This document shows positions 9,689 to 19,361 of a stretch of DNA of 64,000 nucleotides, one piece after another. Made by a program: the position numbers and the translations under genes. The notes below the pieces were generated by a model. That model searched no databases, was not told the origin of the DNA, and saw nothing but the letters and a program-made list of their open reading frames with translations. Source of the DNA: an uncultured Desulfobacterales bacterium (lineage in GTDB: Bacteria > Desulfobacterota > Desulfobulbia > Desulfobulbales > Desulfocapsaceae); NCBI GenBank assembly GCA_937915545.1, contig CALGIJ010000021.1:36815-100814 (forward strand), read 5' to 3'. The first letter of the stretch is position 1, and each line of letters starts with the position of its first letter.

Positions 9689-10402
9689 CTACAGGGAAAC
9701 GACCTCGCGGCCGACTTCGTTGGCCAGGCAGGCGTAGAGCTCTTCCAGCTGGCGATCGTCGAGAGTGGCGAAGGACAAGGCCAGCACCCCATCCCCCTCC
9801 CTGACGATGCGCGCCGCGGTCTCGAACATCAGGCTCTCCTCGCCACCCTTATGGAGGCGGACGACCAGCGTCAGCTCATCGTCGCAACGCAAGGGGATGG
9901 TGGCCTCGGCGATGGCGCAACCGCCGATGGAGATATCGACCAGCATGGCACTGCCGCTCTCGCCCTTGCTGCGCACTTCGACCTGGCGCCTCTCGATGGC
10001 AAAGCGGATGGCCTTGCGCCGCGGCGAGGAGGAGAACCACTCCTCGGCCTCCTCGAGGCTGCTCACATAGGCCACTTTGTAGCCGGGAAAGACGGTGGTG
10101 AAGCGCACCAGCTGCTTGATGAGAAAGCTCGTCTTGCCGACGACGCGCACCACCTCGCCGACATGGTGGGTGACGAGGTACTTCATGATCTTGCGGAAGG
10201 TGCTGAGGCCGTTGAGATGGGCGATGGCGCACTGACGGAGGTCGGTGATGACTGCGAAGCCGGGCTGCAGGTCGGCGACGCAGAAGCGCACGTCGGTATA
10301 GACCTTTTCCAGCTCTTCGCGGCGCGGGTCCACCGAAATGGTGATATAGAGCCGATTTTTTTTGACATCGGCGTTGACCTGCGATTTCTTCCCGGCGGCC
10401 AT
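9689..10402 (-). CDS. PilZ-domain c-di-GMP receptor with uncharacterised N-terminal domain
   Basis: The C-terminal half carries both PilZ motifs: RRKAIR (RxxxR) and DISIGG (DxSxxG). I could not place the N-terminal 125 aa. Confidence 0.8.
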   Translation of the reverse strand: MAAGKKSQVNADVKKNRLYITISVDPRREELEKVYTDVRFCVADLQPGFAVITDLRQCAIAHLNGLSTFRKIMKYLVTHHVGEVVRVVGKTSFLIKQLVRFTTVFPGYKVAYVSSLEEAEEWFSSSPRRKAIRFAIERRQVEVRSKGESGSAMLVDISIGGCAIAEATIPLRCDDELTLVVRLHKGGEESLMFETAARIVREGDGVLALSFATLDDRQLEELYACLANEVGREVVSL

Positions 10403-10410
10403 AGGGGAAC

Positions 10411-10456
10411 CAGAGGAGGAGGGAGACGGCTCGAACCTGTCACAATTCCTCCTCTG
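10411..10456 (-). promoter_or_regulatory. Perfect 10-bp hairpin in the PilZ 5' leader that pairs an SD-like AGAGGAGGA with UCCUCCUCU
   Basis: CAGAGGAGGA (10411-10420) and TCCTCCTCTG (10447-10456) are exact reverse complements. No SD sits next to the ATG at 10402. Confidence 0.4.
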
Positions 10457-10627
10457 TTTATGCCCTTCCCCCTCGTGGTGTCAAGGACTATCTCTTCTGG
10501 TCAGGCCAGGGACCTTTAAAAGACAGGCGTAACTGCTCTCTGACCGGGGCTGCCGATCTGGTCGGGAACTGGCCCTGGCCGAGTTCCGCGTAAGCGGCAT
10601 CGAGTCCACTGGCCAAGCGGCAAAGGC

Positions 10628-12589
10628 CTACAGCGAGTATTTACCCAGGGCGGCGCGCATCTCCTCGGCCATGGCCAGCCCCGACTGGGACTCCCCGGCA
10701 ACGCCATGGCCATCGGCCGACAGCTCCTCGATGGCCCGGCTGAGCTTGGCCATACGGTCGGCGATCAGGGTCAGGGAGGCGGCATTGCGGGCAACGTTCT
10801 CCGTGACTTCACGGATGCCCAGCGAGGCCTGACCGACCCCGCCGGAGATCTCGTCGGTGGCCTTCGACTGCTGTTCAACGGCGGCGGCCACCGAGGAGAT
10901 GTTGTCGTTGACCTCGCCGATAACCGTGGCGATGCTGCCGATGCTCGCCACCGCCTGCTCGGTGGTGGTGCGGATGGCATCGATCTTGTGTTTGATATCC
11001 CCGGTGGCCAGCGCCGTTTGCTTGGCCAGTTCCTTGATCTCGTTGGCGACGACGGCAAAGCCCTTGCCGGCCTCGCCGGCGCGGGCGGCTTCGATGGTGG
11101 CGTTCAGGGCAAGCAGATTGGTCTGTTCGGAGATCTCCTCAATGGCCTCGGTGACCCGGCCGATCTCCCCCGCCGCCTGGCCGAGCTGGGAGATCTGCGC
11201 CGAGGCCTCGCCGGAGCGGCTGACCGCTGCCCCGCTGACGCGAAGGGCCCGCTCCATGCTTCCGGCGATCTCGCGGATGGTGGCCGACATCTCCTCGGCG
11301 GCCGCGGCGATGGCGCCGACATTGGCCGCCGTCTCCTCGACGGCGGCGGCCGTAATCTGCAGGTTGTCGTTGACCCTGGCGGTTTCGCCATCGATCTCCT
11401 CGCCATCGCGGTTGGCCGACTCGACCTTGGCGAGCATCTTGTCCGACACCTCGCGCAGGGTCGCCGAACGCTCGCGGAGATTTTGCGAGCGCTCCTTCAT
11501 GCCGGTGAGCATAGTCGAGAGATCCTCGAGAAACTGGTCGATATCATCCCCCAGCTGCCCCATTTCATCCCTGCTAGCGATATTCACTCGTCCTTTGAGG
11601 TCACCAAGCGACGCCTTCTGCAGCACCTCGGTGATGCGGCGGAAGCGCTTGATGAGGTAGTGATTGAAGAACCACGCGCAGATGGCGATGACGATGACGA
11701 TCATCGCCAGGCCAACGCCGACATAGAGCCACAGCAGCCGCTTGAGGCTGGCGACCTGATGTGAATAGTCCATGCGCACCAGCACCAGCCCGGCGGTCTT
11801 GCCGCTGAAATCGGCCAGTGGCCCGGCGAGGAGCAGCAGGTGGCGGTCATCCGTAGAGACGTCGCACAGCCGGCGCGTGCCGTCGGCCAGAACCTGGGCA
11901 AGCAGGGGCCGGCAGGGCTCGGCGATATCGACCCCGCCCGACTGGGCGAGCAAGGCGGGCTTGCCCCCTTTATCGATGGCGATGGCCGCGTTGATGCCAT
12001 AGCGCTCGTGCAGGGGCTGGAGCAGGCGGTCGTTGACGGCGATGCCGAACTCGACGACGCCGATAAACCTGCCATCGGATGACACCGGGGCAACCCCGCG
12101 AATGCCCATGCCGAAGGGGCCGGTGTCGAGGCCGAGGACCGGCTGCTGCGTGCCGCTGGCCTTGACGATGGTCGGCCGCGTCGCCGACAGGTCGTCGCCG
12201 AACTTGGTCGGCTCATGGAGACGCAGGAAGGACGTCGCCGGGGGGAGGTGGAACTGGAACTGGTGGATGTTGAGCCTCGCCTTGCCCACCCCATGGAGGG
12301 GGGCGGTGAGGGCCATCAGCCGCTCCCGCTCCCCGGCGGCGAAAGTCTTCTGCACCTCGGGCAGGGTGGCCACCGTCTCAGCCAGGCCATAGGCCTTCTC
12401 CGCCGAGAGAGATATCAGTTCGATGACGCTCTGGTAGTCCTTGAGAAGCTGCCCCTCGACGCTGGCCATTATCGCCTTCTTTTCCTGGAGATAGGCATTG
12501 CCGACGAGCATGGCGATGGTCGCCGTGAACAGTGTCGAGATGATGAGGATGAGCTTGCCCCGCAGACTGAGGCTCCGAGTCTTCGCCAT
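10628..12589 (-). CDS. Methyl-accepting chemotaxis protein with large Cache-like periplasmic sensor
   Basis: TM, roughly 280-aa periplasmic region, TM, HAMP, then the MA domain with [38 protein letters not shown] 12589 has AAGGA 6 nt upstream; the longer ORF reaches 12652. Confidence 0.9.
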   Translation of the reverse strand: MAKTRSLSLRGKLILIISTLFTATIAMLVGNAYLQEKKAIMASVEGQLLKDYQSVIELISLSAEKAYGLAETVATLPEVQKTFAAGERERLMALTAPLHGVGKARLNIHQFQFHLPPATSFLRLHEPTKFGDDLSATRPTIVKASGTQQPVLGLDTGPFGMGIRGVAPVSSDGRFIGVVEFGIAVNDRLLQPLHERYGINAAIAIDKGGKPALLAQSGGVDIAEPCRPLLAQVLADGTRRLCDVSTDDRHLLLLAGPLADFSGKTAGLVLVRMDYSHQVASLKRLLWLYVGVGLAMIVIVIAICAWFFNHYLIKRFRRITEVLQKASLGDLKGRVNIASRDEMGQLGDDIDQFLEDLSTMLTGMKERSQNLRERSATLREVSDKMLAKVESANRDGEEIDGETARVNDNLQITAAAVEETAANVGAIAAAAEEMSATIREIAGSMERALRVSGAAVSRSGEASAQISQLGQAAGEIGRVTEAIEEISEQTNLLALNATIEAARAGEAGKGFAVVANEIKELAKQTALATGDIKHKIDAIRTTTEQAVASIGSIATVIGEVNDNISSVAAAVEQQSKATDEISGGVGQASLGIREVTENVARNAASLTLIADRMAKLSRAIEELSADGHGVAGESQSGLAMAEEMRAALGKYSL

Positions 12590-12782
12590 ATGGTGTCCTT
12601 GCATGTCGTCGCTGATGGAGTGAGTGTCGGCCGCTGCCGGCAAGACTGACAAAGAAAGGGACCTTAGCTTGGCCTAGAGCCTTTTGCAACCGCGTTTTTT
12701 GTCGCCAGGCATTTTCCACAGCTTTTTCTCTTACAAGGCTATCACGGCGTCACAGGAAAATCGTGCAAGCACCTTTTAACCG

Positions 12783-15700
12783 CTAGGACACGGAAGTGCA
12801 GAGACTCTGTCGAGAGCCGTCAAAGGACTCCGCGGTCACCACCACTTCCGGGGTATCGCCCGAATCCCTCTCCGCCCCACCCGACTGCAGGATCTCCCTG
12901 ATCTTCGCCCCCAGCTCGTCTCTCATGAACGGTTTCTTGATGAAATTCACGCCGGGGTCGAGCACGCCATGGCTGGCGATGATCTCGGCGGTATAGCCGG
13001 ACATGTAGAGACAGCGCAGCCCTGGGCACAGGGAGGTGAGGTTGCCGACGAGATCGCGGCCGTTCATCTCGGGCATGATGACGTCGGTGAGCACCAGGTC
13101 GATGGCCGCGCCATGGGCGCGCGCCAGGCTGATCGCCTCGCCGGGGGTGGGCGCGGCCAGCACCTTGTAGCCCATGCGCTGCAGCATCAGCGTGGCCATG
13201 GTGAGGATCGACGGCTCGTCCTCGACGACGAGAATGGTCTCGCTGCCGCGCAGCGTCGTCTGCGCCGGGGCCATGCCCAGGCCTGAGTCCTCGCCTTCGC
13301 TGTGGCGGGGCAGGTAGATCTCGAAGACGCTGCCCTGGCCGGGCCGGCTGTTGACATAGATGAAGCCGTTGTTCTGCTTGATGACGCCGTACACCGTGGC
13401 CAATCCCAGGCCGGTGCCCTTGCCGACCTCCTTGGTGGTGAAGAAGGGCTCGAAGATATGGGGCAGGGTGTCATCGTCCATGCCGCAGCCGTTGTCGCTC
13501 ACCGCCAGGCGCACATAGTCGCCGGGGAAGAAGCCCTCGTGCCTGGCGCACTGACGGTCGTCGAGGCTGACGTTGCCGGTGGCGATGGTCACCTTGCCGA
13601 CGCCGCTGATGGCATCGCGGGCATTGACGCAGAGGTTGGCGAGGATCTGATCGATCTGCACCGGGTCCATGCGCACCGGCCAGAGGTTCTTGCCCGGCAT
13701 CCACAACAGGCCGATATCCTCGCCGATCAGCCGCCGCAACAGCCGCAGCATGGCCTCGATGGTGCTGTTGAGGTTGAGCATCCGCGGCGAGACCACCTGC
13801 TTGCGGGCGAAGGCGAGCAGTTGCTTGGTGAGGTCGGCGGAACGCCGCGCCGCGGTTTCGATCTCCGTCAGGGCGGTATGCAGCGGGTCCCCGGGAGTGA
13901 GGCGCTCCAGGGACATGCCGGTATAGCCGAGGATGACCCCGAGCATGTTGTTGAAGTCGTGGGCAACGCCCCCGGCCAGCCGCCCCACCGATTCCATCTT
14001 CTGTGCCTGAATGAGCTGCGAGTGGAGCTTCTCGCGCTCCTCCTTGGCTTTCTTATGGGCGGTGATATCCTGGGTAACGCCGAAGAAGTGGCTGGGCAGG
14101 CCGAGGCTGTCGCGGAAAACCATCCCGTAGGAATAGTGCCAGCGCACCTCGCCGCCGGGAGGGACGACGCGGTAGACGCTGGAGAACGGCGCCTTCTCCT
14201 CCAGGGCCCGGCACAGGGTGTGCAGGCCATGGTCCTGGTCTTCGGGGTGGACGAGGAGGCGCACAGCCTCGAGGCTCTCGCCACAACGCTCCCGATCGAC
14301 GCCGAACAGCGTCTCGTGCCCGGGCGACCACTCCATGCGCCCGCTCTGGCAGTCATAGCGCCAGTACCCCATCCTCGCCACTCTCAGGGCCATGGTGAGG
14401 CGCATCTCGCTCTCGCGCAGGGCCTCCTCGGCCTGGCGCCGCGTGGTGATGTCCTGGTTGACGCCGAAGATGCATAGCGGCCGCCCCCGCCGCGAGCGGA
14501 TATGCATCGCCAGGTAGCCGCCGGCGCCATCGCCGAAGATGACACGATGTTCGAGGTAGGCATAATGTTCCTCATCATCGCTGCAGCGTGCCCGCTCCAG
14601 CTCGAGCAGCACCCGGCCGCGGTCGTCGGGGTGGAGAAAGCGCCGCGCGTAGTCGGCGACGGTCATCTCATAGCCGCCGGCTGCCACGGCGGTGACGCGC
14701 AGCATGGTGTAGATCTCGTCGGAGAAGGTGAAGACATTGACCGACCGGTCCAGTTCCCAGTGACCGAGCTTGGCGATGCGCAGGGCTTCCGAGAGGCGCT
14801 CCTCGCTCTGCCGCAGCCGCTCCTCGGAGCGCTTGCGCCCGCTGATGTCGTCATAGAGGGTATAGACCTGGCCGGGCAGTTTCTCCCCTCTGGCAAAGAG
14901 CGGCACTGACGAAATCGACAGCCAGATCGGCCGCCCCGTTTCCGGGGAGGGCAGTCCGCGCAGCATCGGCCCGACGCTCTCCCGGGTGCGCAGGGCGATC
15001 ATCGCCGGGTGTTCGTCGTCCTCGAGCACCCGGCCGTTTTCGGTGATCAGACCGTGCTGCAGCTCCTTGAGGCTGCGCCCGCGGCACTCCTCCACCGACA
15101 GGCCGTGCAGCGCCGCCGCCGCCGGGTTGATGCAGAGGATCTCCCCCGTCGCCGAGGAGTAGATCACCGCCGAGGGCAAGGTCTCGAAGAGGGTACGGAA
15201 CTTCTCTTCGCTGTGGCGCATGGCGGCCAGGGCCTTCTCGCTGACCAGAAGCGCCCTGGCAAGAATCAGCCGGCTCTGGCCCTGCAGGGCCATGCGGGCG
15301 ACGAGGGTGGAGAAGAAGCCCATGATGCGGTCGATCTTGTCACGCGTCCAGCGCGGCACCCGGTCGAAGGCGCTCAAATAGGCCTCCTCGTCGAAGCCGT
15401 GGCACCTCGCCTGGCGGCGGAACCGTTCACGGTCGGGCTCTTCGTCCTCATAGAAGAACTGCCCGAAGACGAAGTTGCCGAGGTGCTCGCCGCCGATGCG
15501 GATCGGGAAGACGACATCGAACATGCCATTGCCGCAAGGCACGACTCGCCGCTCTCCCGGCGCCACCAGGGCGGTGTCGCTCTCCAGACAGTGACACCGC
15601 GTCCCCGGGTGGACACGGTGGAAATAGGCACATATATCCTGCCAGCCGCAGGAGACGAGGACCTCGCCGCCTCCGTCGACAATCGTCGCGGCCACCCCGG

Positions 15701-15917
15701 TCACGCCATGGCACTCGTCCATCAACTCCTGCAGTCCTTCCCTGTCGATGATCTCGGCCAGTGTCACCCCACCCGCGCCCCTGCCCGGGCCAGGGTCACC
15801 GCGAAGACAGCCGGCGATGGCGGCCCGCCCGCCGCAAGGCGCCATGATGCCCTCGCCGAGCCACCCTCTCTCATCCTTGCCGCTGGCGCAGCCCATCGCC
15901 TCCCCCACGAAGTTCAT
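12783..15917 (-). CDS. Cytoplasmic hybrid histidine kinase with PocR-like N-terminal sensor, 3 PAS, HisKA, HATPase_c, REC
   Basis: PocR-like Cys/His-rich block ([27 protein letters not shown]...[13 protein letters not shown]). H-box [24 protein letters not shown]. Receiver (ILVVEDEPS...[13 protein letters not shown]...IKKPF). ATG 15917 forms an ATGA overlap with the upstream stop. Confidence 0.9.
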   Translation of the reverse strand: MNFVGEAMGCASGKDERGWLGEGIMAPCGGRAAIAGCLRGDPGPGRGAGGVTLAEIIDREGLQELMDECHGVTGVAATIVDGGGEVLVSCGWQDICAYFHRVHPGTRCHCLESDTALVAPGERRVVPCGNGMFDVVFPIRIGGEHLGNFVFGQFFYEDEEPDRERFRRQARCHGFDEEAYLSAFDRVPRWTRDKIDRIMGFFSTLVARMALQGQSRLILARALLVSEKALAAMRHSEEKFRTLFETLPSAVIYSSATGEILCINPAAAALHGLSVEECRGRSLKELQHGLITENGRVLEDDEHPAMIALRTRESVGPMLRGLPSPETGRPIWLSISSVPLFARGEKLPGQVYTLYDDISGRKRSEERLRQSEERLSEALRIAKLGHWELDRSVNVFTFSDEIYTMLRVTAVAAGGYEMTVADYARRFLHPDDRGRVLLELERARCSDDEEHYAYLEHRVIFGDGAGGYLAMHIRSRRGRPLCIFGVNQDITTRRQAEEALRESEMRLTMALRVARMGYWRYDCQSGRMEWSPGHETLFGVDRERCGESLEAVRLLVHPEDQDHGLHTLCRALEEKAPFSSVYRVVPPGGEVRWHYSYGMVFRDSLGLPSHFFGVTQDITAHKKAKEEREKLHSQLIQAQKMESVGRLAGGVAHDFNNMLGVILGYTGMSLERLTPGDPLHTALTEIETAARRSADLTKQLLAFARKQVVSPRMLNLNSTIEAMLRLLRRLIGEDIGLLWMPGKNLWPVRMDPVQIDQILANLCVNARDAISGVGKVTIATGNVSLDDRQCARHEGFFPGDYVRLAVSDNGCGMDDDTLPHIFEPFFTTKEVGKGTGLGLATVYGVIKQNNGFIYVNSRPGQGSVFEIYLPRHSEGEDSGLGMAPAQTTLRGSETILVVEDEPSILTMATLMLQRMGYKVLAAPTPGEAISLARAHGAAIDLVLTDVIMPEMNGRDLVGNLTSLCPGLRCLYMSGYTAEIIASHGVLDPGVNFIKKPFMRDELGAKIREILQSGGAERDSGDTPEVVVTAESFDGSRQSLCTSVS

Positions 15918-16165
15918 GACATGTCCTCCCCATCTTCGGACAGTTCCGGATACAGTCTTTTCATACACGGCGGACAGAGGCCGTGGCTGAACCAGCCCCC
16001 ATCGTGGTCGCCGCCAGCGCTCTGCGGCCAGGCCCAGTTGCCCTCCGGGTCGCGGATCCTGCCACAGCTGACACAGGCACAGGCGATGGCGGCGGGCGGC
16101 GGCATGCCGGCCGCAGACCCCGAGGGAGCCACCCCGAGGACCACCGACATGCAGAGGGCGTTCAT
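15914..16165 (-). CDS. 83-aa Cys/His-rich protein (putative zinc-ribbon module, function unknown)
   Basis: MNALCMSVV...CACVSCGRIRDPEGNWAW...FSHGLCPPCMKRLYPEL. There are ATGA overlaps at both ends, with CheY upstream and the kinase downstream. The same motif ends the protein at 34044-35222. Confidence 0.6.
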   Translation of the reverse strand: MNALCMSVVLGVAPSGSAAGMPPPAAIACACVSCGRIRDPEGNWAWPQSAGGDHDGGWFSHGLCPPCMKRLYPELSEDGEDMS

Positions 16166-16557
16166 GCCACCAGCTGCAACTTGCGCAGCTCCTCCAACAC
16201 CTGGGTCTTGCGGATGGGCTTGCTGAGATAGCCGTCGCAGAGGCGCTTCACCCCCTCGACGACATGACGCGGGAGGTCCATGGCAGTGGTGACGACGATC
16301 TTCGCCGCCGGCCACGGGCGTTCGCCCTGACCGGCCTCCCGCTCGCGGATGCGGCGCAGGGCATCCTGGCCGGTCCTGCGCGGCAGCATGACATCGAGGC
16401 AGATGAGGTCGTAGGGTTCCTCGTCGGCCATGGCGTCGCAGACCGCTTCCACTGCCTCCCGCCCGTTGACGACGATATGGCTTGGCCCGAAGCTCTTCAA
16501 AAACCCCTGCAGTTGTAAGCAACTGGTGAAATCATCTTCGACGATCAGTGTTTTCAT
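16162..16557 (-). CDS. CheY-like single-domain response regulator
   Basis: MKTLIVEDDF...DLICLDVMLPRRTG...KIVVTTA...YLSKPI. The ATG at 16557 overlaps the upstream kinase stop (ATGA). Confidence 0.9.
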   Translation of the reverse strand: MKTLIVEDDFTSCLQLQGFLKSFGPSHIVVNGREAVEAVCDAMADEEPYDLICLDVMLPRRTGQDALRRIREREAGQGERPWPAAKIVVTTAMDLPRHVVEGVKRLCDGYLSKPIRKTQVLEELRKLQLVA

Positions 16558-19127
16558 GGCGTGTCTCCTTGAATGGCCGTTTTCGACTCGGGAGTCGGCG
16601 GGGCAAGCTCCCCCGCCGCCATCTCCATGTTCTCCTCCGGCAGCCAGCGGTTGAGCACCTCGGTGAGGCTGCACAGGGAGAAGGGCTTAGCGAGAAAATC
16701 GTTCATGCCGGCGGCGAGGCACATCTCCCGGTCACCGGGCGCTGCGCTGCCGGTCATGGCGATAATGGGAACGGCGGATACCAGCGGCAACGGGCAGGCG
16801 CGGATCTCCCGGGTGGCGGCGATGCCGTCCATGCCGGGCATCTGCAGGTCCATGAGGATGAGGTCATAGGGCGGTGAGGCCAGCAAGGTGTCGACTGCCT
16901 CCCGACCATCGACGACACCGTCGGCAACGAGGCCCAGTGCCTCGAGGAGCCCCTCGGCGACCTTGCGATTGGTGGCGTTGTCGTCGGCCACCAGGATGCG
17001 GCAGAGCGCGCCTCCGGGGTTGGCCAGGAAGCGTCGCCTTTTGCAACCGTTAGCCCTCTGTCCGTAGGGGCGTTGCGCTTCCCCGGCCTGGATCGGCCGC
17101 TCGGTTCCGGCCGATTCATCCTCGCTGCCCACCTGACAGGCGGCACCGAAACGGGTGATGAACGAGAACTCGGCGCCCTCGCCGGGGACACTGCGCGCGC
17201 ATATGGTGCCGCCCATCAGCTCCACCAGCTCCCTGGCGACAATCAGGCCCAGCCCGGTGCCGCCGCAGGCCCGCCGCAGCGCCAGATCACCGCTGGTGAC
17301 CGGAGCCAGGAGCGTGTCGAGCACGTCCGCGGCGATGCCGACACCACTGTCGGCGACGGTAAAGCGCAGCGGCACCTCTCCGCCCGCCTCTTTCTCATCG
17401 GCCAATGCCACGCAGAGCCTAACCGTCCCGCGAGCGGTAAACTTGATCGCATTCTGCAACAGACGCACCAGAATCTGGCGCAGCCGACGGGGGTCGCCAC
17501 GCAGGCTGGATGGCAGCTCCGGGGCGATGGAGACCTGCAGCTCGAGCCTTTTGTCGCCAGCCTTGACAGCCATGGCGGCGACGACCTCGTCGAGAAGATG
17601 GCTCAGGCTGAAGTCGACCGTGTCGAGCACGATGGTTTCTTTTTCCATCCTCGCCACCTCGTCGATGTCGTCGAGCACGCCGAGCATCGATTGAGCGCAA
17701 CGGCAGAGCAGCTCGGCGAGACGCGCCCTGCACTCGCCGCGGCTGTCGTCGCGCAGCTGCGCGGTCAGGCCGGCCATGGCGTTGAGCGGCGTGCGCAGCT
17801 CGTTGCTGACCGTGGCGAGGAAGTCGCTCTTGCCCCTGGTGGCCGCCTGCGCCACCTCGGCCATGGCTCGCGCCCGGCCAAGTTCCTCCTGCAGCCTGCG
17901 GCACACCTCGACCAGTTTCGCTTCCGCCCTGCTGCGCCGGGAATTGTCGACGATACACTCGAGGACCTTCTCGCGCTGGCCGAGTTGGAAAGGCAGCACC
18001 GTCCTCGTGACGGGCAGGAGGCTGCCGTCGGCGCGCAGCATGAGGACTTCATCCCCCCCCCCTTCGCTGCCGCCGGCATCGACCCGGGCGTGATGCGGCG
18101 CAACCGCGCGCAAGAGGGCCTGGCAGCGCTGGCCGAGGAGATGGCTCGGCGGGGCGCCGAAGAGTTCGGCGACATGGCTGGAGACCCGTTCGATGCGCTG
18201 CGTCTCCGCATCGACGATGACCAGCCCCAGCGGCAGATGGTCGAAGAGGGCCTGCTGCAAGGCCATCGCCTCCTTGAACGCCTCGCGCCGCCGCCACTCC
18301 TCGCTGATTTCGCGCACCGTGACCGCCGCCCCCAGCACCATTCCGGAGCCGTCGCGAATGGGGGCGCAGCGCCCTTCCACCCGCCGCAGCGCACCGTCCC
18401 TGGCCACCAGCGCCACCGCCTCGCCGCTGACCACCACCTCGCCGTCGCGCAAGGCCCTGTTCACCGCCAGATCCGCACTCTGCCGGGTGCGCGCGTCGAC
18501 CAGCGGCAGGACATCGTGCAGGGGCCGCCCCACCGCTTCCCAGCCGCTCCAGCCGGTCAGGCGCTCGGCGATGTGGCTCATCGTCACCACCCGGCCCTGG
18601 CGGTCGCAGGCGATGACCGCCTCGTCGATGGAACGAAGCGTGGCGAAGAGGTACTGCTCGCTGTCGAAGAGGGAGGCGGAGCGCACCCGCAGTAAGCCCT
18701 CCACCGTCTGGCGGCGCCGCCCCACGGCGGAGACGATCACCGCCAGCACCACCGACAGCAGCAATCCGCAGAGCCCGAGGGATAGCGTCGTGCGCAGCGT
18801 GGCGGCGACGGCGGCCTGGCGCACCGCCTCGATGCCAGCAGAGCGGGTCGCCTCGGCAATGGCCCACCGAGAAGACGTGGTGTGCGGCAGAGGTGCCTCG
18901 CGGAAAAGGTCGCCGCTGCCGGCAGGAACTGCGGTACCGTATACTGTATCCGTCAAGGCTGGCGGGGAGTCTCCCCGGCCGACAGTGCCAAAGGTCAGCC
19001 CCCAGACCGAAAGGAAGGTCAGGAGAAAGACGAGGAGGAACAGGTGGCGAGAGATCATGGCAGCGACCAGCGAAGGCCAGCGGCAAAGCCATCGGCAGCA
19101 TGTCTGAGCAAGGTTTTGCGGTATCAT
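16554..19127 (-). CDS. Membrane hybrid histidine kinase (TM, 2 PAS, HisKA, HATPase_c, REC)
   Basis: SNELRTPLNAM H-box. GTGLGLIVARELVELMGG. Receiver (RILVADDNATN...DLILMDLQMPGMDG...FLAKPF). ATG 19127 has a GAGGAG SD; the longer ORF begins with TTG at 19166. Confidence 0.85.
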   Translation of the reverse strand: MIPQNLAQTCCRWLCRWPSLVAAMISRHLFLLVFLLTFLSVWGLTFGTVGRGDSPPALTDTVYGTAVPAGSGDLFREAPLPHTTSSRWAIAEATRSAGIEAVRQAAVAATLRTTLSLGLCGLLLSVVLAVIVSAVGRRRQTVEGLLRVRSASLFDSEQYLFATLRSIDEAVIACDRQGRVVTMSHIAERLTGWSGWEAVGRPLHDVLPLVDARTRQSADLAVNRALRDGEVVVSGEAVALVARDGALRRVEGRCAPIRDGSGMVLGAAVTVREISEEWRRREAFKEAMALQQALFDHLPLGLVIVDAETQRIERVSSHVAELFGAPPSHLLGQRCQALLRAVAPHHARVDAGGSEGGGDEVLMLRADGSLLPVTRTVLPFQLGQREKVLECIVDNSRRSRAEAKLVEVCRRLQEELGRARAMAEVAQAATRGKSDFLATVSNELRTPLNAMAGLTAQLRDDSRGECRARLAELLCRCAQSMLGVLDDIDEVARMEKETIVLDTVDFSLSHLLDEVVAAMAVKAGDKRLELQVSIAPELPSSLRGDPRRLRQILVRLLQNAIKFTARGTVRLCVALADEKEAGGEVPLRFTVADSGVGIAADVLDTLLAPVTSGDLALRRACGGTGLGLIVARELVELMGGTICARSVPGEGAEFSFITRFGAACQVGSEDESAGTERPIQAGEAQRPYGQRANGCKRRRFLANPGGALCRILVADDNATNRKVAEGLLEALGLVADGVVDGREAVDTLLASPPYDLILMDLQMPGMDGIAATREIRACPLPLVSAVPIIAMTGSAAPGDREMCLAAGMNDFLAKPFSLCSLTEVLNRWLPEENMEMAAGELAPPTPESKTAIQGDTP

Positions 19128-19361
19128 GGCGACGCAGTCTCCTCTCGTTGATGGTTGTTGTATCAATCCCTTGCGCTCGGCCCCGTTTCATGCCCGGCAA
19201 GGCCATCCGGCGTCACGCGCCCAGGGGCCGGCGTAGAAATCCTCGCAACTCGTTTCTTCCCGGCACCCCGCTCAGCACCTCGAGGCAAGGTACGAGCGTC
19301 AACTTTTCTGGGGTACCGTCGACCACAGATCCCCGGGGTTTGCCGCCTCCAGCGAGAAGGT

